From an uncultured virus (IMG/VR IMGVR_UViG_2576861188_000003) (lineage: Duplodnaviria; Heunggongvirae; Uroviricota; Caudoviricetes), in the IMG/VR virus record IMGVR_UViG_2576861188_000003: a DNA stretch of 64,000 bases; one strand, written 5' to 3'. Every line of letters starts with the position of its first letter. Positions within the stretch are counted from its first letter, which is position 1. Of the stretch, positions 58,398-64,000 are shown piece after piece. The translations under genes were made by a program, and so were the position numbers. The notes under the pieces were generated by a model. It saw only the letters and a list, made by a program, of their open reading frames with translations. It had not been told where the DNA came from and ran no database searches.

Positions 58398-59855
58398 TTA
58401 TTTATGGCGCCAGAAAGCGTACTCTTTACCGACACCATCGGACTTAAAAATAGTGTGGATGCGCGGGCCGGTGACAATGCGATCGCCAAACGATTTAGCA
58501 ACAATGCCAAAAGCGATCATATCCCCCACCGCGGCGCCAGCCTGTTCTTTCTTCCAGAAACGATAACTCTCGATCCGGTAGTAAAGACGGATGATGCCGT
58601 GAGCGAACGTCATTACATCAGCGCGGGTGCCACCCAGCAGACCAGCGTTAAGCATCACATCGCCGCGGTGCGCTTCAATGAATTCCTGATAGATACGCTC
58701 AGGATGATTCTGTTTCGCCCAGGCATCAGCGTAGGTCTTTGGTTCTGATCCGACATAAACCTTGCCTGGCTGCATTTCATCCCATGGAGCGCGAAGCATT
58801 TCGACATCTGTTCCATCGGTACACCAGACGAACCGGTATTCAGGGTGATCACGCAGGTGCTGCCAGATATGCAGCCAGCGCCGGTAGTAGACATTCATCT
58901 TCACGTCAGGAACGCGATACAACTCAACGTCTGCCGGTGCCGTCTGCAGTTCATCCACCAGCGCGATACGGCCACAATTTCGAAGCGAGGCAGCCCACCT
59001 GGCCAGCATGTCAGGCGAGGCCGTCAGTTTGGTACCGCGCTGTGGGTCAGGCTGACTGGTGAGCAGCGTTGTGATTACCACGTCGCGCTGCGATCGATAC
59101 TCAGCATAGCCTGTATATCCTGAATCCCGGCGCTGCCCGTAAATCACAGCGTTCTTTTTATCGAGCGCTTCACGTTCTGGCCTTGGTATGCTGCGTGCGC
59201 CTTCTTCGTATTCATCCATCGAATGGATCAGCTTTTCAGAGCCAACCACATCAGCAAACGCCCAGGACGTTAAGCCAGCGTTATAAATCCGAAGCGCCAG
59301 ATCAGGGTGCTCATACATGCCCCGGCCATACACCGGATCGAACCCGCCAACCTTCTCAATAGCATTGCGGTGGTAGTACAGCATCACTCCGCGCTGCCCG
59401 GTGTAAGCAATATGCTTATCATCCCGGTACAGAACGGTCATATCGTTAATCTTTCTCGGACCAGCCAGATCGAGAAACTGATAAGCCAGGTGCGGTTCTG
59501 GTGATTCAATATACGGAAGATGCCAGTTATCGGCGATAGGCCAGGCATCATCATCCCATAGGAAAAGATGCTCGCACCCGGCATCCATCAGGGCTGACAG
59601 GCTGGCGTTCTTCGAAGCAACAATGCCGAGTGATGTTTCATGGCGAATCAGCTGCACGCCGTCTGGCACTTCCGCAGCAGGTTTAGAACCGTCATCGATA
59701 ACCACCACTAGCGCACCGGCTGGCAGGTGCTTCATGTGCTGTGCGAGAGCGCGCGTTAAAACGTCTGGACGGTTGTGGGTAGTAATTGCAATGCCAATCC
59801 GTGACGCTGAAGCGCAGGCAGGCACAAACGGGACACCATCTATTGTGACCTGCAT
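58398..59855 (-). CDS. Two-domain glycosyltransferase (GT2 plus second GT-A-like domain), 485 aa
   Basis: IAITTHNR, VIDDGS, LWDDD, VGGFD...EHPDL; C-terminal WCTDGTDV, LNAGLLGG. Confidence 0.85.
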   Translation of the reverse strand: MQVTIDGVPFVPACASASRIGIAITTHNRPDVLTRALAQHMKHLPAGALVVVIDDGSKPAAEVPDGVQLIRHETSLGIVASKNASLSALMDAGCEHLFLWDDDAWPIADNWHLPYIESPEPHLAYQFLDLAGPRKINDMTVLYRDDKHIAYTGQRGVMLYYHRNAIEKVGGFDPVYGRGMYEHPDLALRIYNAGLTSWAFADVVGSEKLIHSMDEYEEGARSIPRPEREALDKKNAVIYGQRRDSGYTGYAEYRSQRDVVITTLLTSQPDPQRGTKLTASPDMLARWAASLRNCGRIALVDELQTAPADVELYRVPDVKMNVYYRRWLHIWQHLRDHPEYRFVWCTDGTDVEMLRAPWDEMQPGKVYVGSEPKTYADAWAKQNHPERIYQEFIEAHRGDVMLNAGLLGGTRADVMTFAHGIIRLYYRIESYRFWKKEQAGAAVGDMIAFGIVAKSFGDRIVTGPRIHTIFKSDGVGKEYAFWRHK

Positions 59856-59995
59856 GTTTATATCCTTTTGTTCGCAGAACTTAAACCAAATGAACTAATT
59901 AAAACCAATTAAAATACATTCTTACTATTGCATTTAATTATTAGACCCCAATATCTATTAATCCACAAAAAGTGGGTAACTCACTGGGATTTGAT

Positions 59996-60259
59996 ATGAA
60001 AATCGATACGCAAAAATTAAAAACTATTTTAAAAGAATTGGCTGATGTCTACCCGTACTACCTTGAACCACACAAATTTATGTCAATCGGTGATGATGTC
60101 GGCGGCGAGGCTGAATTCGATGGACATCTTCTATATTTGGCGGAAAAAGGCCTAATTATTACTGATATGGTATGGGACTCAAACCAAAAAGCCTATCAGT
60201 TATCAGCAGGAAAAACGCGTATTTCAAGCGCAGGTCTTGACTATCTCGCTGGGCAGTAA
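59996..60259 (+). CDS. Small winged-helix-like moron protein, 87 aa
   Basis: HLLYLAEKGLI...RISSAGLDYL; AT-rich, opposite strand to late operon. Confidence 0.7.
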   Translation: MKIDTQKLKTILKELADVYPYYLEPHKFMSIGDDVGGEAEFDGHLLYLAEKGLIITDMVWDSNQKAYQLSAGKTRISSAGLDYLAGQ

Positions 60260-60335
60260 TATTCATGGCGAGTTTAACAGCTCGCCATTATCAAGCCCAC
60301 CAGCAGGTGAGCTTAGTAATGGCTAACACTCAGTG

Positions 60336-60449
60336 TCACTTCGGCCAGCTGATAAAAAACATAAAGCCGATGAATGCGAAAAACAGCCCAGCGGCTGCCG
60401 CAACAACGATTAGAGTCCAAACAAGAATTGTTCCGATGGTTGCGATCAC
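60336..60449 (-). CDS. 37-aa membrane peptide (absent from ORF track)
   Basis: GAGG RBS, GTGA overlap with o-spanin stop; MIATIGTILVWTLIVVAAAAGLFFAFIGFMFFISWPK. Confidence 0.5.
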   Translation of the reverse strand: MIATIGTILVWTLIVVAAAAGLFFAFIGFMFFISWPK

Positions 60450-60676
60450 TTGGACCTCGCTAATTTTGGTTTCTGGCAGTTCGCCTGCCACGCTTTGTTA
60501 TGCGCCAGGATGTCTTTCTTAGTCTGGCGGTCCATAACGTCGATGTCGTGATCAGTCAGGTAGATTGGCTTTACCCAGTCACAGGCAGTATCAACCACCA
60601 CCGGGACGCTTCCACGTGTCACGCAGCTCGCGATCAACATCGTCATCAGGCATGTGGTTAACAGTTTGCTGTACAT
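60446..60676 (-). CDS. Outer-membrane spanin (Rz1-like)
   Basis: Lipobox IASC; overlaps i-spanin. Confidence 0.8.
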   Translation of the reverse strand: MYSKLLTTCLMTMLIASCVTRGSVPVVVDTACDWVKPIYLTDHDIDVMDRQTKKDILAHNKAWQANCQKPKLARSK

Positions 60677-60866
60677 TGCTGGCCTCTTTCGTTGTCTCTA
60701 CCCTGCGTTCTGCTGCTGCAACCACTGCCGCTGCGTTATCTTCGGTGCGCTGCTGGTCGGCTTTCGCTTCCGCTTTGCTGGTTCCGCGTGAATGACCCAG
60801 GCCAAACGCGGCGGCAATAGCAGCAAACACCGCGACAACGAGTCCGGTAATTATCTCAAGCGTCAT
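60591..60866 (-). CDS. Inner-membrane spanin (Rz-like)
   Basis: N-terminal TM plus helical region after endolysin. Confidence 0.78.
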   Translation of the reverse strand: MTLEIITGLVVAVFAAIAAAFGLGHSRGTSKAEAKADQQRTEDNAAAVVAAAERRVETTKEASNVQQTVNHMPDDDVDRELRDTWKRPGGG

Positions 60867-61405
60867 ATAACCACCCGCTCCTTTACCCAGCCATAAACAA
60901 ATGTTTCGTTCGCGCTACGCTGCTCTGCCAGCTCAAGATAACGCTGACCCTGGCTACAATTCAGGGCCCGAAGCATAACCAGCTCACCCTCTTTTCCGCG
61001 CCGGGAAAGATAGCTTTTTAACGCGCTGATGGTTCGCGGACCGATAAAGCCATCGGCAATCAGATCGGGATAGAGCGTGCCCTGAATGTTGAACACGTTC
61101 AGCCAGCGCTGAAACCATTTGGTCTGAACTGATGGGCCCATGTTTACGCCTGTGTCGCAGAGTTCGGCAGCGATGGCTGGTGATACCTCAGAAACAAGGT
61201 CGAAGCGTGGCCCTGTCCAGTAGTCAGCAGTCAGGATATCCAGCGCCTGCTGGCGGGTAAGGTTGCGCATATCACCGTTATAACCGTGGGCGCGAGCTAC
61301 CGCTTGCGTGATCCCCCAGTTTGTTGGGCCGCCTTTGTCGTCGGGGTGATTAACGTACCCGCCCTCTTTGCCGAGGATGGCATTAAATATTTCGTCTTTG
61401 GTCAC
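60863..61405 (-). CDS. Endolysin, GH108 with peptidoglycan-binding domain
   Basis: EGGYVNHPDDKGGPTNWGIT; FVYGW..R. Confidence 0.92.
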   Translation of the reverse strand: MTKDEIFNAILGKEGGYVNHPDDKGGPTNWGITQAVARAHGYNGDMRNLTRQQALDILTADYWTGPRFDLVSEVSPAIAAELCDTGVNMGPSVQTKWFQRWLNVFNIQGTLYPDLIADGFIGPRTISALKSYLSRRGKEGELVMLRALNCSQGQRYLELAEQRSANETFVYGWVKERVVI

Positions 61406-61683
61406 GTTGTGCTTTCCCCTGCAATTCTTGCGATGTTGCCCCTTGCTCGCCATACGGCAATGCAGACAACGAGATTGACAACCAGCTCTCCGTAGTCGAC
61501 CTGCACGTAATCACCGTGCCAGATTCGGAAAGCGGTAAACGCTGGAGCGAGGATCAGCCCATACGCCAGAAACTCCATCAGACGGCGGCGCCGTAAGCTC
61601 CGCTTCCTGAAGAACATCAGGCGTATGCTGATGAGGATGCATGCAACAGCGTTAATGTTCAGGATCAGTGTTTGCCACGTCAT
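61402..61683 (-). CDS. Holin-family membrane protein
   Basis: 3 TM, ends RARGNIARI; upstream of endolysin. Confidence 0.78.
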   Translation of the reverse strand: MTWQTLILNINAVACILISIRLMFFRKRSLRRRRLMEFLAYGLILAPAFTAFRIWHGDYVQVDYGELVVNLVVCIAVWRARGNIARIAGESTT

Positions 61684-62084
61684 TCTTCCCCCTTCAATCC
61701 GGGTAAGTCTCCCGTCTTCGAGCGCTTGAGAACGCGAAGCAGGACGGTGACAGAAACCGTTGAGGCCGCCAGCGCGCCAATGGCTGGAGAAACTTTCACG
61801 GCAACTGGCGGAGAGAGATGACTTAATGCCGCATTGATAAGTGCTGCGATGATTTCAGATGCTGTACCGGCGCAGTAAACCCCACCAATGAACGAGATGA
61901 GCGCAAACAGTATCTGCTTCCAGAGCTTGTGGTCCTCGCTGCTCAGTACGTAAAGAGCCGCCCCAGCGAGAGAGCAAAGCATTACAGCAGGAGTGGCTTC
62001 TGGAAACATCGTCGCGAAAGTTATTCCGGTAGTGCCGGCGGCCACGCCTGCCGTTACCGTTGCAGATATCGGTTCTGCGGACAT
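61680..62084 (-). CDS. Putative holin/antiholin
   Basis: MSAEPIS; multiple TM; first late gene. Confidence 0.72.
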   Translation of the reverse strand: MSAEPISATVTAGVAAGTTGITFATMFPEATPAVMLCSLAGAALYVLSSEDHKLWKQILFALISFIGGVYCAGTASEIIAALINAALSHLSPPVAVKVSPAIGALAASTVSVTVLLRVLKRSKTGDLPGLKGEE

Positions 62085-62134
62085 TTTGCCCCCTCATATT
62101 GCTGTTGATCCTCTCAGAAAGGTTGAGGGGAAAC

Positions 62135-62193
62135 AAAAAAGGCCACCCGATGGCAGCCTTAGAAAAGCAAAAACCCCGCCGAGGCAGGGTTTC
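62135..62193 (-). terminator. Two tandem terminators (tR'-like)
   Basis: AAACCCTGCC-TC-GGCGGGGTTTTT and AGGCTGCC-ATCG-GGTGGCCTTTTTT on minus strand. Confidence 0.75.
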
Positions 62194-62233
62194 AATGTTT
62201 GATTTCGTTTGGACGGTATCTTCCACGATTAGA

Positions 62234-62263
62234 AGCATACAGGACAGTTTTATGCAAAGTCAA
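62234..62263 (-). promoter_or_regulatory. Late promoter pR'
   Basis: TTGACT-N18-TATGCT just after Q, before tandem terminators. Confidence 0.7.
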
Positions 62264-62304
62264 CACTAACGTGCAAAAAAGTGTCGCTAATTGCTCCGAT
62301 CATA

Positions 62305-63087
62305 TTAATAAGTTGTCGCCTTCTCAAATTCCACTGCTGCATGACGCTCCCCCTGGCGCAGAGTATCCACCAGCATTTCATAGAAGGGTTTCCAGTTGCG
62401 TGACCATGAGGATTGATGGAGGTCCGGGAGACGCTTCAAAATGGCACGGTGTACCGTCGCCGAGGAGATAGCAGAGAAGCCATTACCAGAGCAACGTTCA
62501 CACGTTTTGAAAACCGGTGCGCCGCGGTCTTTAGTCGCTTTGCGGTCCAACACTTCGCCTTTACCGCCACACCTGCACCGGGCAAGGATCACTTTCTTTC
62601 CTCCGCATGTTCCGCAAACCCTATTCACCAGCTCATTTTTAATCTTCGGTGCCACCACCTCGGCACCGTCGGCATCGAAAATACCGGGATGTTTAACCAC
62701 ATCCTCATTCCCGGAGATAAACCCGGTACCACTGCAGCTGTGACACGTCACGCTGGTAGCCGCAGAACGTGAGTAATCAGCAAAGGCAAATTGTGCCAAC
62801 ATCTGCATGCACCATCCGAACTGCTCACCAGCTGCTTTGCGAACATTCTTCGGTGCGACATCCATCGCATATCGCGCCAGCGCCTGAACTGCGAGCTGTT
62901 CATCCGTTTTGCTGATTCCCGCTTTACCGAAGAACGCCGCCAGGCCGAAGCGCGCGCGGCTGCTGGTGGTACCAATTGCCGCCATTACATCTGTTCCTGT
63001 AAGGCGGTCCGGAGAAGTTCCCTTCACGTCGTCGCCGATATGCATTCCCTGAGGACTAAAATGTTTGAGTGATGCTTCCAGTTTCAT
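62305..63087 (-). CDS. Late antitermination protein Q
   Basis: LKHFSPQG, TDVMAAIG, DYSRSAA, CxxCxGxG repeats, WSRNWKPFYE. Confidence 0.88.
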   Translation of the reverse strand: MKLEASLKHFSPQGMHIGDDVKGTSPDRLTGTDVMAAIGTTSSRARFGLAAFFGKAGISKTDEQLAVQALARYAMDVAPKNVRKAAGEQFGWCMQMLAQFAFADYSRSAATSVTCHSCSGTGFISGNEDVVKHPGIFDADGAEVVAPKIKNELVNRVCGTCGGKKVILARCRCGGKGEVLDRKATKDRGAPVFKTCERCSGNGFSAISSATVHRAILKRLPDLHQSSWSRNWKPFYEMLVDTLRQGERHAAVEFEKATTY

Positions 63088-63114
63088 GCGCTTGCCCCCG
63101 CTGTTTTAATGGTT

Positions 63115-64000
63115 TTAATAGTCTGCATTGCTGGATTGCCTATCTTTTGCGTATCGTCTGGTTTGAGTTTTCTGCTGTGGCGCCGAACGCTGCTTTGCTA
63201 ACTCCTGGTCAATTGGCAGGAAGTGCCCGTTATAGAATCGTCGGTAAATCGTGCCTAGTTCACCGTTGCGCTGTTTGGTCACGTTAATTTCCGCGATACC
63301 TTTCGCTTGAGACTCAGGGTTATAAACTTCGTCGCGGTAAAGCATCATGATCAGATCAGCATCTGCCTCGATCTCACCAGAGTTTTTGAGGTCTGAGTTC
63401 ATCGGTCGCTTATTGGGCCGCGACTCAACGCCACGAGAAAGCTGGCTCAGGGCAAGCACCGGCGTTTTATTAGATTTAGCCAGACGCTTGAGTCCTTTTG
63501 ACACCTCACCAACGGCAAGGTCATATCGTGCAGTGCTTTCGATTTTGATGAGTGCCAAGTAATCCACAACCACCAGCGCTATTTCCGGATGCGCCAGTTG
63601 TAGGCGGGTAGCTATCTGTTGAATCTGATATACTGTCAGATCGGTGGAATCAACCATCCAGATACTACGGCCTGTCAGGCGCTCTACACCGTTTGTCAGT
63701 CTGGCCCAGTCCTCATCTTCAAAATCAGCAGCCTTTTTCAGGCGCGAAACTGACATGCCGCCGGCAGCAGATACCATTCGCTCTCCGATCTGGATATTTG
63801 GCATTTCCATGCTGAAGAACAGCACACCACGGCCCTGCTCAGAAACTTTGTCGATGATATCCAGCGCCAATTCAGTTTTACCCATCGACGGACGCGCAGC
63901 GATAAACACCAGGTCTGTTGGTTCAATGCCGCCAGTCTTTGCATCAAGCTCTTCAATACCCGTCATGAGGCTTCTGGCTTCTTCGAGCCCGCGGTTGCGT
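63115..64000 (-). CDS. DnaB-like replicative helicase (5' part outside window)
   Basis: AARPSMGKT, FFSMEM, VVVDYL, LSQLSR, DLKNSGEIEADAD, KQRNG. Confidence 0.93.
   Translation of the reverse strand, partial: RNRGLEEARSLMTGIEELDAKTGGIEPTDLVFIAARPSMGKTELALDIIDKVSEQGRGVLFFSMEMPNIQIGERMVSAAGGMSVSRLKKAADFEDEDWARLTNGVERLTGRSIWMVDSTDLTVYQIQQIATRLQLAHPEIALVVVDYLALIKIESTARYDLAVGEVSKGLKRLAKSNKTPVLALSQLSRGVESRPNKRPMNSDLKNSGEIEADADLIMMLYRDEVYNPESQAKGIAEINVTKQRNGELGTIYRRFYNGHFLPIDQELAKQRSAPQQKTQTRRYAKDRQSSNADY

Larger units (their letters stand above)
32693..64000 (-). mobile_element. HK97-like lambdoid prophage, extends beyond the window; left boundary inferred
   Basis: DnaB, Q, lysis, cos, head, tail genes all on minus strand, running towards the ssrA duplicate; integrase not in window. 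Confidence 0.88.

Noticed and set aside
58398..59855. O-antigen seroconversion (gtrABC) interpretation
   Set aside because: No flippase, bactoprenol GT with TM tail or polytopic GtrC; genes lie in the late operon rather than near att
63084..63128. Mini-ORF MQTIKTIKTAGASA bridging dnaB and Q
   Set aside because: 14 codons; may aid coupling or be a remnant, but no support as a gene
1..64000. CRISPR array, retron/DGR reverse transcriptase, rRNA, tRNA, resistance genes
   Set aside because: No regularly spaced repeats, RT motifs or such genes recognised by eye; short or degenerate elements could be missed

Overview
Enterobacterial chromosome, Enterobacter-like by protein appearance (not verified). 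It opens with ratA-smpB-ssrA (tmRNA), followed by two tandem prophages at the ssrA 3' end. (1) A complete ~31 kb P2/186/Fels-2-type prophage (1486-32692) is bounded by an exact 45-bp repeat of the ssrA 3' end. It has a LexA-controlled tum-like operon and an AT-rich three-gene cassette (TIGR04255-like, Xre-HTH, unknown protein) at the cos-portal defence hotspot. (2) An HK97-like siphovirus prophage runs from ~32693 past the window end on the minus strand. Its att-proximal accessory end carries an IS1222-like IS3 element, an overlapping small-ORF/DUF6414-like pair, a LexA-boxed dinI-like gene, a lambda-type RexA-RexB exclusion system far from any cI, and divergent xis-like/alpA-like genes. Its late operon holds two glycosyltransferases split by an HNH-AP2 endonuclease, and a promoter-bearing moron at the HK97 gp15 position. 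The best candidates for undescribed biology are the three-gene hotspot cassette, the late-operon glycosyltransferases (possible virion glycosylation) and the overlapping gene pair. All family calls come from recalled motifs and synteny; no database search was run.
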